Below, in pieces: positions 50,600-63,248 of a DNA stretch of 64,000 bases (the first letter of the stretch is position 1; each line of letters opens with the position of its first letter). The stretch lies in NCBI RefSeq assembly GCF_963921235.1, contig NC_086108.1:49974001-50038000 (forward strand), written 5' to 3'. The notes below the pieces were generated by a model that was not told the origin of the DNA, did not search any database, and worked only from the letters and a program-made list of their open reading frames with translations. The stretch comes from Mobula hypostoma (lineage: Eukaryota). The position numbers and the translations under genes are program-made.

Positions 50600-52633
50600 G
50601 ACCATAGGACCATAAGACCATAAGACAAAGGAGCAGAAGTAGGCCATTTAGCCCATCGAGTCTGCTCCGCCATTTTATCATGAGCTGATCCATTCTCCTA
50701 TTTAGTCCCACTGCCCTGCCTTTTCACCATAACCTTTGATGCCCTGGCTACTCAGATACCTATCAATCTCTGCCTTAAATACGCCCAATGACTTGGCCTC
50801 CACTGCTGCCCGTGGGAACAAATTCCATAGATTCACCACCCTCTGACTAAAAAAATTTCTTCGCATTTCTGTTCTGAAAGGGCGCCCTTCAATCCTGAAG
50901 TCATGCCCTCTCGTACTAGACTCCCCCATCATGGGAAACAACTTTGCCACATCCACTCTGTCCATGCCTTTTAACATTTGAAATGTTTCTATGAGGTCTC
51001 CCCTCATTCTTCTAAACTCCAAGGAATACAGTCCAAGAGCGGACAAACGTTCCTCATATGTTAACCCTCTCATTCCCGGAATCATTCTCGTGAATCTTCT
51101 CTGTACCCTCTCCAACGTCAGCACATCCTTTCTTAAATAAGGACACCAAAACTGCCCACAGTACTCCAAGTGAGGTCTCACCAGTGCCTTATAGAGCCTC
51201 AACATCACATCCCTGCTCCTATACTCTATTTCTCTAGAAATGAATGCCAACATTGCATTCGCCTTCTTCAGTACTGACTCAACCTGGAGGTTAACTTTAA
51301 GGGAATCCTGTACGAGGACTCCCAAGTCCTGTTGCATCTCAGAACTTTGAATTCTTTCCCCATTTAAATAATAGTCTGCCCGTTTATTTTTACTGCCAAA
51401 GTGCATAACCATACACTTTCCAACATTGTACTTCATTTGCCACTTCTCTGCCCATTCTTCCAATCTATCCAAGTCTCTCTGCAGACTCTCCGTTTCCTCA
51501 GCACTACCGGCCCCTCCACCTATCTTCGTATCGTCAGCAAACTTAGCCACAAAGCCATCTATTCCATAATCCAGATTGTTGATGTACAATGTAAAAAGAA
51601 GCGGCCCCAACACTGATCCCTGTGGAACACCACTGGTAACCGGCAGCCAACCAGAATAGGATCCCTTTATTCCCACTCTCTGTTTCCTGCCAATCAGCCA
51701 ACGCTCTATCCACGTATGTAACTTTCCTGTAATTCCATGGGCTCTTATCTTGTTAAGTAGCCTCATGTGTGGCACCTTGTCAAATGCCTTCTGAAAATCC
51801 AAATATACAACATCCACTGCATCTCCCTTGTCTAGCCTACTGGTAATTTCCTCAAAAAATTGTAATAGGTTTGTCAGGCAGGATTTTCCTTTAAGGAATC
51901 CATGCCGAGTTCTGCCTATCTTGTCATATGCCTGCAGGTACTCTCTAACCTCATCCTTGACAATCGACTCCAACAACTTCCCAACCACCGACGTCAAGCT
52001 AACAGGTCTATAATTTCCTTTTTGCTTCCTTGCCCCCTTCTTAAATAGCGGAGTGACATTTGCAATCTTCCAGTCTTCCGGAACCATGCCAGAATCTATC
52101 AACTTTTGAAAGATCATCGCTAATGCCTCCGCAATCTCCACAGCTACTTCCTTCAGAACACGAGGGTGCATTCCATCTGGTCCAGGAGATTTATCGACCT
52201 TTAGCCTATTCAGCTTCCTGTGTACTTTCTCTGTCGTAATTGTGACTGCGCTCACTTCTCTTCCCTGCAACCCTTGAGTGTCCGGTATCCTGCTGTCTTC
52301 CTCAGTGAAGACTGATGCAAAATACTTGTTCAGTTCCTCTGCCATCTCCTCATCTCCCATTACAATTTCTCCAGTATCATTTTCTATCGGTCCTATATCT
52401 ACTCTCACCTGTCTTTTACTCTTTATATACTTGAAAAAGCTTTTAGTATCCTCTTTGATATTATTTGCTAGTTTCCTTTCATAGTTAATCTTTTCTCTCT
52501 TAATGACCTTCTTGGTTTCCTCTTGTAAGGTTTTAAAAACTTCCCAATCCTCTGTCTTCCCACTAATTTTTGCTTCCTTGTATGCCCTCTCCTTCGCTTT
52601 AACTTTGGCTTTGACTTCTCTTGTCAACCACAA
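50600..52633 (-). mobile_element. Young 5'-truncated CR1 LINE with an uninterrupted 643-codon ORF2 fragment (complete RT, no endonuclease)
   Basis: ORF 50702-52633: KSPGPDG, NYRPVSLTS, YLDFQKAFD, GVPQGSVLGP, FADD; (CCATAAGA)n tail. Confidence 0.96.
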
Positions 52634-54611
52634 GAAGAAGTGGAACCTAGATTAAAAGGTCATAATCTTGGTAATCTGTAGACAGATATTGTATCCCTAA
52701 ACAGAGACACTTTCAGCTTTTAATAATGTGCTAGGGAATTGTATTTTATGTAGTCAATTCAGTTTCTCTGTTTCCTTTCCTCGTCTTTGGAACATGTCGG
52801 CTGGTGTTAACATTCAAAATCATAGTCACTTTGGGGGTGGTGGTGGGGGGAAGTGGAGTGTTCTCATGAACGCTTAAGAAACTTAATTTATACTTGCACT
52901 AAAAGCATTTATTTCATTGATGTCTTTGCTCATTGACAGCACTACTGTCAATAAAAACAGAAGATTGCGGTTTTAAAATTGGGTCCAGAGTATTGAGCTG
53001 ATGTTAGTATGAAGATGTGCCTTTCGATTAAGATGTTAAAGGTCATGCATTGACACTCAGATGCAGAAGAAGCTGCCATTGTTGTATGATGGACAGCAGG
53101 AGAGTTCTTTTGGTATTTGGCCTTCACCTTCCAGCTGGAATGTGAAATGGATATGGTTATTTATAGATGTAATAGATCACATTTATGGTATCTGGTGGAT
53201 GTAAAATTTTTTTCTATTTTATGTACCAACTTCCCTCATAATTAGTTGTTAAGGGTTTTGGGATGACTCAGGCACAGTTTGAAGTCTGTTTGTGTGCTTG
53301 CTACTTGATACACATAAGCTAGGGAATTCTTAGTTCAGTTTCTGTTTTGTATTGAGTTGAGCTGATCATTCAGAATAGTCATGGAACATTATTTATTGAC
53401 TTTGTTTAAGTATTAGTTAATTACTGATCTTGATTAAGGATTAGGGTGTTGAGTGTGATCTATTAACGTACTATGTTTATGTGTCACTGGATATCTTGCC
53501 ATCATTGGTCAGTACTTACAGGTTATTAGGTCTCTGGTCACACCCAAAGCTTGGATCTTAATTGATGTACCTGAAAACAGCTGGCCATGGGCACAAGATG
53601 ATGTTGCTAAGATTATTGCATCAATTTATTGTTGTAACAATTTAGTTGTACCATTTCTGGTAACTTGGATATTTTGCATGTGAACAAGTGTGAGTTCAGA
53701 TTCTTTTGGGCATGCTAACAAATGAGCTGAAACATTTTGTTTATTTCCTCTGTGCTAGGCATCTCTCTGTTCCAGGTGATTTCCACCTGATTACTTGCAA
53801 ATGCAAACCCACTTAAATTTCCTCCATCTAAATTTAGTTCTCATTCCCTTTCTTGGGGTGGCACAGTGCAAGAGCCACCATTCAGTGTTAATATTGGGAA
53901 CCTTTATGACTGTGGGGATTAATTTGGAGTATTCAACTTTATCTCGAGTTGTATTGAATTCTCAGCACAGGAGCACTTATGACTCATTGTTAAGTATTCA
54001 TTCCTGTTTTCAACCAGATGTGAGGGAAGTTTCTTTGAGAGCCTGCTGCACCTAATTAGATAGAAAACATATAATTTTGTGTCGTGTCGATACTTCAGTT
54101 GAAAATTTAGTTTCAACTGAAATTTATTACACTATAGGTCTGGCATCTGAGGAGAAAACTGGGTTATTGTTTCAGGATTGAAGGCTGTACTTTAGAATTG
54201 ACCTGGTCACTATATTCTGAAATGATGCCAGCAGACCAATGCAGCATTTTACATTTATAGTTCACATTTCCAACTTTGACAGTAATTTTCTTTTTCATCT
54301 GAGATTTGCATATTCCAAGCATAAATTTGTTTCCCTTGATTTTTTTTTCAATTCCAATAGGTCACAATGACCCATTTAGTAGAACTGCTGCCTTTTGGCT
54401 CCAGTGGCCAGTTCATTATGCTGTGTGGGGTTGAGCATTTTCCCTATGGTGATGTGGTGTTCCTCTGGGTCCTCAGATTTCTTCTCATATATGTGGATTG
54501 GTCGGCTAATTGAAATGTGACTTGTTCTGAGTATGTAGGTGAGTGATAGAACACGGAATTGTAAGATCAGAAATTAAGATTACTCACTGAACTAAGTGCT
54601 GTATCAACCCT

Positions 54612-55988
54612 CACGTGGTGTCAGATGGGTACATGGTAGGCCACTGAAAACCTGTGCCAACCAGCTGGCGGGTGTGTTCAAGAACATCTTTAGTCTCTTG
54701 CTGCTGCAGTCGGAAGTTTAAACCTGCTTCTAAGGATGTCAACCATACCGGAGTCGAAGAAAAGCAGGGTGAGCTGCCTGAATGACTATTGCCCAAGTGC
54801 ACTCACATTTACTGTAATGAAATGCTTTGAGAGGTTGGTCAATGCTAGAATTAATTCCTGCATAAGCAAGGACCTGGACTTGCACAATTTGCCCACTGCC
54901 ATAATACGTCTATAGCAGATGCAATCTCACTGTTTCTCCACTGGTTCTTAGATGACCTGCACAACAGCAATATCTACATCTGGTTGCTGTTTATTGATTA
55001 CAGCTTAGTGTTCAACACCATCATCCCCTCAGTCCTAAGAAACAAGCTGGAAAACCTGGGCTTCTGTATCTCCCTCACCAACTGGATTCTTTGCTTCCTC
55101 ACTGGGAGACCACAGTTTGTGCAGATCGAGAATAGCACCTCCTTGCTACCAGTCATCACTGATGTACCTCAAGGATGTGTGCTCAGCCCCCTGCTCTTTC
55201 AGTACAGCTCAAACATCATTTATAAATCTGCTAATGATACAACTGTTGTTGGTAGAGTCTCAGGTGGTGGCGAGGAGACATACAAGAGTGAGATAGATTG
55301 GCTGGTTGATTTCTGTCACAACAACAACCTTGCACTCAACATCAGTAAGACCAAGCAATTGATTATGGATTTTAGGAAGGGGAAGTTGAGGGAACAGGCA
55401 CCAGTTCTCTTCGAAGGGGTCATCGGTAGAAAGAGTGAGCACTCTCAAGTTCCTGGGGTCAACATCTCTGAAGCTCTATCCAGGGCCAAGCATATTGATG
55501 CAGCAATGAAAAAGCATGTCAGCAGCTATACTTCCATGAGGAGTTTGAGGAGATTTGGCATCTCACCAAAGACTTACCAAATTTCTACAGATGTACTGTG
55601 GAGAGCATTCTTGCTGGTTGCAAACTCATGCATTTCCACCATAGGCACTAGCCTTGCCAGTATCTAGGAAACCTTCAAAAGGTGATGGCTTAAGAATGTG
55701 GCCTCCATCATTAAGGACTCCCAACATCCAAGATGTGCTGTTCTCATTACTACCGACTAATAGGCCTGAAAATACATACTCAGCATTTTAAGAACAACTT
55801 CTTCCCCCGCCATCAGATTTCTGAACATACAATGAACCAAACCAGGAACAATACCTCACTACATTTGCTCTCTTTTTGCACTCTGTTTAATTTATATACA
55901 TCTTTTTTAATGCATTGCTTAAATGTACTGTTGTTGCAAAACAACAAGTTGCACGATACCCTAGTAATATTAAACGTGATTCTGATTT
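54612..55988 (+). mobile_element. Degraded Rex1/Babar LINE (RT to tail)
   Basis: LFIDYSLVFNTIIP, VPQGCVLSPLL, KSANDTTVVG, NNLALNISKTKQLIMDFRK. Confidence 0.85.
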
Positions 55989-56224
55989 TATGATACATTA
56001 GAATCTGCTTTCAAGCTCCATTATTATAATATCTGCTTATGAATTTACTTTTAAATAGCTCTTGGCCAGCTTTGATTAATTTTAGTCACTAGCTATGCTA
56101 AGTTACAACTTTTAAATGGATGTAATTAAAGATATAATATTCAAATTTTCTCTTGTAGACTTCTAGAATAGTTTCTGGAATCTACTGGGAATTTGGCAAG
56201 TTTATCAACCTTAATCAAAACATC

Positions 56225-56621
56225 CCTGGAGCGTAGAAGAATGAGGGGAGATTTGATAGAGGTATATAAAATTATGATGGGTATAGATAGAGTGAATGCA
56301 AGCAGGCTTTTTCCACTGAGGCAAGGGGAGAAAAAAACCAGAGGACATGGGTTAAGGGTGAGGGGGGGAAAGTTTAAAGGGAACATTAGGGGGGGCTTCT
56401 TCACACAGAGAGTGGTGGGAGTATGGAATGAACTGCCAGATGAGGTGGTAAATGCGAGTTCTTTTTTAACATTTAAGAATAAATTGGACAGATACATGGA
56501 TGGGAGGTGTATGGAGGGATATGGTCCGTGTGCAGGTCAGTGGGACTAGGCAGAAAATGGTTCGGCACAGCCAATAAGGGCCGAAAGGCCTGTTTCTGTG
56601 CTGTAGTTTCTATGGTTTCTA
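56225..56621 (+). mobile_element. Young CR1 3' fragment, TTTCTATGG-type tail
   Basis: LERRRMRGDLIEVYKIM...FFTQRVVGVWNELP...GQWD*. Confidence 0.92.
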
Positions 56622-57824
56622 CCTAGGCATACTTGATGTTTAACCCAATTAATAAATGCTTATTTTTCATTTAGTTCTACCCTAGAACTGGTTGTTTGAC
56701 TACCTTGACTAGGTATATTTTGTATTCCATTCTTTGAACTCAAAATTGTACAAAATGCAGAGTTTAACTCTATTAATAAACACTTCCGTTCAATTCTATC
56801 CCAAAAATGGTGTTTGACTTTTAACATGGAATGGTTAATGGTATTTTTAAAAAAAATACATTTCTTGAATTCCAGTTTTACCATGGGAATTTGACTTCTG
56901 AAATTCTAGTCAAATACTGTGGCGACCCTCTAATGTATAAAATTTGTATGCTCTAAGCTGTAAATTTTGATACACAAAGTATGAACTAAATGAGCTAAAA
57001 AATACACATTAATTCAGCATCTGAAAGTGAAAATTTGTCATTTCTTATCTATTCACTTTGTTATTCTCCAAAATAGTTTGTGCTGATGTAGTTACTTCTG
57101 TATCCAAATGACTTCAGTGTGACAGGATCTTTCTGAGAATGTTGTTATGTCAGATGTGAGCAGGTGCAAAGCATGGCAGGATGTCTGGTTGCTGTTTTAA
57201 CAACATGGGTATCATTACAAGAAGTGACAATTGGCTGTTTGACACAAAATATACATCCAATATTTTACTGTAATGCTGTTGAAACAGAACAGACCAATCT
57301 ATGCAACTTGGAGACTCTGAACTCTAGGTTGATTATGGCTGACGTAGTTCACAAATCCAGGAGTAATGAATTTGATTAGTTGAGGCTGATCCTCCCTGTC
57401 AACAATAGCCCATTTATTTGCCAAATATGTATGATTGCATTGATGGTATTGATTTTGGACCTCTCCAGTGTATGTTGGATTTGTTTACTTATCACATTTT
57501 TTTATATTTAATATCAATCATAACAGCTACATTTACTGAATGATTCACATAGACTTGCTTGAAATGTGTGTAGATTGTGAAATTTACAAATACTTGGATC
57601 TCTGTAGGTTAAAGATTTGCTGTTGCTGATATTGACATTTGGAATTAGCAAATATGGAGCTAAGTCTACTATTGAGGTCACATGAATATTTGTGTCTAGA
57701 TTATTTGAGCTTAGATTGGTTGGTGTTATTATGTTGGAACATTTATTTTATCTAGTTTATCTAATCTCTGAGCAACACCCAAATGTGCCAGGGTACGATT
57801 TTGCTGGAGGCATCAAGGCAATTA

Positions 57825-60197
57825 CAGTTGCAAGAAAAAGTTTGTGAACCCTTCGCAATTACCTGGTTTTCTGCATTAATTAATCATGAAATATGGTTTG
57901 ATCTTCATCTAAGTCACAATACGAGACAAACACAATCTATCTAAACTAATAACACACAAACAATTGAACCACTTCTTGGGTCAATACTTTTACCATTTAA
58001 ACAATCACAGTCTAGGTTCAAAAAAGTATGTGAACTGGGGTACTGCCTTCTACAAAAGCTATTTGGAGTCATTGTTGCAATCAATGAGATGAGGTTGGAG
58101 GTGTGGGATGTTGAGATGCCTTGCCCTATAAAAAAGACACACAAAGTCAAGTTACTGACAGAGCCTGCTCTTCTCAAGAAAGATCTGTTTATGTGCACCA
58201 TGCATCAATCGAAACAACTTTCAGAGGATCTTAGAAGAGCAATTGTAGAAATGCATGAAGCTGGAAAAGGCTACAAAAGCATTTGTAAAGACCTGAGTGT
58301 TCATCAGTCCTCATAAATTGTCTACAAATGGAGGAAATTCAGTACATAGAAGAACATAGAATAGTACAGCACAGTACAGGCTCTTCGGCCCACAATGTTG
58401 TGCCGACCCTTAAACCCTGCCTCCCATATAAGCCCCCACCTTAAATTCCTCCATATACCTGTCTAGTAGTCTCTTAAACTTCACTACTGTATCTGCCTCC
58501 CCCACTGACTCAGGCATTGCATTCCACGCACCAACCACTCTGTGAGTAAAAAACCTTCCTCTAATATCCCCCTTGAACTTCCCACCCCTTACCTTAAAGC
58601 CTGTCCTCTTGTATTGAGCAGTGGTGCCCTGGGGAAGAGGCACTGGCTATCCACTCTGTCTATTCTTCTTATTATCTTGTACGCCTCTATCATGTCTCCT
58701 CTCATCCTCCTTCTCTCCAAAGAGTAAAGCCCTAGCTCCCTTAATCTCTAATCATAATGCATACTCTCTAAACCAGGCAGCATCCTGGTAAATCTCCTCT
58801 GTACCCTTTCCAATGCTTCCACATCCTTCCTATAGTGAGATGACCAGAACTGGACACAGTACTCCAAGTGTGGCCTAACCAGAGTTTTATAGAGCTGCAT
58901 CATTACAACGCGACTCTTAAACTCTATCCCTCGACTTATGAAAGCTAACACCCCATGAGCTTTCTTAACTACCCTATCCACCTGTGAGGCAACTTTCAGG
59001 GATCTGTGGACATGTACCTCCAGATCCCTCTGCTCCTCCACACTACCAAGTATCCTGCCATGTACTCTGCCTTGGAGTTTGTCCTTCTAGTGTGTACCAC
59101 CTCACACTTCTCCGGGTTGAACTCCATCTGCCACTTCTCAGCCCACTTCTGCATCCTATCAATGTCTCTCTGCAATCTTTGACAATCCTCTACACTATCT
59201 ACAACACCAGCAACCTTTGTGTTGTCTGCAAACTTGCCAATCCACCCTTCTACCCCCACATCTGTTGCTACTCTCCCTAGGAGTGGGCATCCTGCAAAGA
59301 TCACACCAAGAACATAATGTGCAATGCACAGGTAGGTGAAAAAGAACCCAAGGAAACAGAAAATATCTGCAGAAATCTCTAGAACTCGCTAAAGTTCTGT
59401 TCACATGTCCACTATAATGTTCTGTGGACAGATGAGACAAATAACTTTTTGACAGAAATGCACACCGCTATGTTTGGAGGAAAAAGGGTATTGCAAGCCT
59501 ACAACAAAACCTCATTCCAACTATGAAGCATGGTGGAAGGAGCAACATGGTTTGGAGTTGCTTTGCTGCCTCTGGGCCTGGCAGCTTGTAATCATTGCGG
59601 GAACAATGAATTCAAAATTTTATTAAGAAATTTTACAGGATAGTGGTCCATTACCTCAAGCTTAATAGAAGTTGGATGATGCAGTAAGACAATGATCCAA
59701 AAACAAGAGTAAATCTACAACAGAATGGTTTAAAAGAAGAAAAATTGTGTTTTGGAATGGCCAAGTCGGAGCATAGACCTTAACCCAATTGCGATGCTGT
59801 GGCATGATCTGAAGAGAACCTTCCATGCAATGTATCCCAGAAATATTGATGAACTGAAACAGTTTTGTATGGAGGAGTGGACTAAATTTCCACCTTGCCA
59901 TTGTGCAAATCTGATCAGCAGCTGCAGGAAATGTTTTGTGGAGGTTAATGCTGCTAAAGGAGGTTCTACCAGTTATTAACTTCTAGGGTTCACACAAGTT
60001 TTCTAGCCTGGACTATGAATGATTAAACAATGTGTTCAATAAAGACATGAAAAGTACAATTGTTTGTGTACTATTAGTTTAGGCAGATTGTGTTTGTCTA
60101 TTATTGTGACTTAGATGAAGATCAGACGACATTTAATGAGTAATTAATGCAGAAAACCAGGTAATTGCAAGGGTTCACAAACGTTTTCATTTAAATG
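57825..60197 (+). mobile_element. Tc1 transposon with long TIRs, internally deleted and interrupted by CR1
   Basis: TA-CAGTTGCAAGAAAAAGTTTGTGAACCC... with an inverted copy at ~59985-60197; transposase MHQSKQLSEDLRR... to EWPSRSIDLNPIAMLW...GGSTSY* (59979). Confidence 0.9.
58345..59262 (-). mobile_element. Young CR1 fragment nested in the Tc1 transposase
   Basis: GKFADNTKV, WQMEFNPEKC, LVRPHLEYCVQFW; (CATAGAA) tail; Tc1 sequence TTCAGTA|CTGTTGCTAC rejoins on removal. Confidence 0.93.
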
Positions 60198-61108
60198 TCA
60201 CGTCCTGTACATCGTCCTCAATCTATTTTTGGGGGGAACTTGAGTGGCCAACAACCTGGTGATATTGTTCAAATTCAGTTACTCTGATCAGTACAAGCTA
60301 TTATGGAGCAGAATAATAATGGAGTGATGGAATTGAAATTCCAGTTGCCACTTTTCTCTCATTGGAAACTTGGATTTGTTTTGTTTAAATATAAATTGAA
60401 AACCTTAAATTAGGTATCCTCTATATTAACACAATTCTGAAGTTCCAAGTGCTGCTTGTTATTTTTAAAAGTCTAAGCGTGGTGTAGAGAAATGTATACC
60501 AAGGTCACACAAACAATGTTACATTAAATGAGCAGATCTCACTGTTCCTAGTGTCAAATAACAGTTAACTAATGACCAGGGAGTGCAGCCAGAATCAGGA
60601 GCATAGTACTGTGAGCGGCTCAGCTGATCAGCCAAAGGCAGTAGTCCATGTCAACATATTTCATTGGTAGAAAAAGGTATGAGACCCTTCAGACAGATAA
60701 GGGAAATCACGCACACGCGCGCAGTACTGTAGTAATTTTGTGTATCACTGCGCTGCTGCTGCTGCAAAAAAATTTCATGGTGTACGTAAGTGATGATAAA
60801 CCTGATTCTGATCTGGGTCTCTGTTTTAGACTAAGAATGAGAAGGGGGCAGGGAGAGGGTAATCATGGTTGGGAAAAGGGGAATGGAGAGGGAAGCACGA
60901 GAGAGACATTCTGTAATGATCTGTAAATCAATTATTTAGAATCAAATGATCTTGCCTGGTGTCTCAGGGCTGGGTATGTCTGCACCTGCACCAACCCTGC
61001 CCCGGCACGTCTTCTCTGCCAGCTGTCCCACACCCCTCCTGCAGTACTCCAACATTCTTTGCTCCCACCAGATTTACAAACTCGCTATCCGCTTCATGTT
61101 GACAAACA

Positions 61109-61175
61109 CAGTACTGTGCAAAAGTCCTAGGCTTCCGAGCTATATGTATGTGCCTAAGACTTTTGAACACTTCTG
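61109..61175. mobile_element. 67-bp Tc1-type mini-MITE (TIRs only)
   Basis: CAGTACTGTGCAAAAGTCCTAGGC...GCCTAAGACTTTTGAACACTTCTG followed by TA. Confidence 0.7.
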
Positions 61176-61279
61176 TAGCTGGAGAGTTAATGGATGGAGG
61201 ACTTTGTATTTTTGAGGAAATAAAACTGCATATTGAGGAAGATGGGCTTTTGCACGTTGGGTTGGAGGTATTTTATGCC

Positions 61280-62519
61280 ATTCCTCCTTACAAAACTGCT
61301 TCAACTCTGGAATGTTGGTGGGCTATTATGCATGAACTGCTTGCTCCAGGTCCTTCCACAACATTTCTATAGGATTAAGGTCAGGACTTTGATTCGGCAT
61401 TCCAAACACACATTTTCTTCTTTTGAAACCATTCTGTTGTCAATTTGCTCTTGTCTTTCGGATCATTGTCTTGTTGCATTATCCAACTTCTATTAAGCTT
61501 CAGGTGACAGACTGGTACCCTGACATTCTCCTGTAAAATGTCTTGATAGAATTTTGAAATTGTTCACTCAGTGATTGCAAGCTGTCCAGGCCCAGAGGCA
61601 GTAAGGCAGCCCCAAACAATGATGTTCCTTCACCATGCTTCACAGTTGGGATGAGATTTTGGTGTTGATGTGCAGCACCTTTTCCCTCCAAACATAGCAA
61701 TGTGCATTTCTGCCATGAAGTTCAACTTTTGTTTCATCTGTCCACAGAACATTGTCCCAGAAGCATTGCAGAACATCCGGGTGGTCTTTTGCCAACATGA
61801 GACGTGTAACAATAGTTTTTATTTGGTGAGCAGTGGTTCCCTCCATGGTGTCCTTCCATGAACACCATTCTTGTTCAGTGTTTTTCTCATAGTAGACACA
61901 TGAACAAGTCTTTAGCAAGTTCTAGAGATTTCTGTAGGTCTTTTGCTGTTACCCTTGGGTTCTTTTTCACCTCCTTCAGTATTTCACGTTGTGCTCTTTG
62001 CAGGATGCCTTCTCCTAGAGAGAGTAGCAACAATATTGAGCTTCCTCCATTTATAGACAATTTCTCTTATTGTGGACTGATGAACACTGACGTCTTTAGA
62101 AATGCTTCTGTAGCCTTTTCCAGCTTCATGCATCTCTACAGTTCTTGTCCTTTGAAAGTTGTTTTGATTGAGGCATGATGCACAAAAACAGATCCTTCTT
62201 GAGAAGAGCAGGCTCTGCCAGTCTTTTATATGGCAGGCCACCTCTACAAACCATACCTCCAATCTAATCAATTGGAACACCTGACTCCAAATAGCTTTTG
62301 TAGAAGGCACTAGCATAGAGGTTCCAGTAAATGCATGTAATATTGGTTCATTTTTCTCAATAAATAAGTAAATGAATAAGTATAATGTTTTGTGTTTATA
62401 TAATTGGGTTCTCGTTATCTAGTTTTAGGACTTACGTGAAGATCCGATCACATTTTAGGTCATATTTATGCAGAAATAGAGAAAATTGTACAGGTTTCGC
62501 AAACTTCCTAGTGCCACTG
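61280..62519 (-). mobile_element. Tc1 transposon related to 57825-60197, 3'-truncated
   Basis: Terminus CAGTGGCACTAGGAAGTTTGCGAA on minus, flanked by TA; VEMHEAGKGYRSISKD, FWDNVLWTDETKVEL, IPTVKHG. Confidence 0.88.
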
Positions 62520-62754
62520 TACCTCACAATAGAAAATGTGCAAATGCCTTTGAGAAAAGTTTTTTAAGAATAGCTTCTGTGATGACAGACTATAGTGGCA
62601 AGAATAGATAAAAGGGGCTGGGACTTTTTTTTAAAGAGAAGACTAATAAGATATAGAAGTACGTAAAATAATGGGAAGACCAGACAGGTTTGCTGTTCAC
62701 ATTGATGGAGAAGTTGAAGACTAGTGATCGCAGCTATAAAATAACCTGAGCAAT

Positions 62755-63248
62755 ACAAGTTTCCCCCGCTATCCAAAGGTAGAGCATTCTTGTGAAACCG
62801 TTAGTAAGCTGAAATGGCGTAAGGTGAAGATGCAATTACCATTAATTTATATGGGAAAAATTTTTGAGCGTTCCCAGACCCAAAAAATAACCTACCAAAT
62901 AGCACATAAACCTAAAATAATACTAGTAAAAGCAGGAATGATATGATAAATACACAGCCTATATAAAGTAGAAATAATGTATGTACAGTGTAGTTTCACT
63001 TAACAAAATCGGGAAGATCTAGCCAAAACCGATTTGTAGAAAAAAATTGGCACGTACACGCATGTGCACACACCTGCCCGCACAAGGCTTCACGGTCATC
63101 GTAGTCTTTCTCTGGGTAAACACAAGTTTAAAGTGGGTATCTTACTCATAAAAGCGGAAATCCTCTTTCGGTTAGCAAAAACAGCTACTAATGTAGGTCT
63201 TTTGTAAAAGCGAAGTGGCGTAAAGTGAACGTTCGTAAAGCGGGGGAG
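62755..63248. mobile_element. Tigger/pogo-like MITE
   Basis: TA-CAAGTTTCCCCCGCT...AGCGGGGGAG inverted ends (right end eroded); CGTAAAG-type subterminal repeats; interior also present at 40820-41180. Confidence 0.65.

Noticed and set aside
38526..52952. Short hairpins (~38526-38544, ~45939-45966, ~52933-52951) and an 18-bp direct repeat (50204-50221/50233-50250)
   Set aside because: 8-9 bp stems in AT-rich DNA are expected by chance; no miRNA-length hairpin or snoRNA box layout.
60700..61105. Repeat-looking segment with a Rex1-like tail (CCTGATTCTGAT) followed by purine-rich sequence
   Set aside because: Single copy in the window with no definable termini or TSD, so it cannot be classified from the sequence alone.
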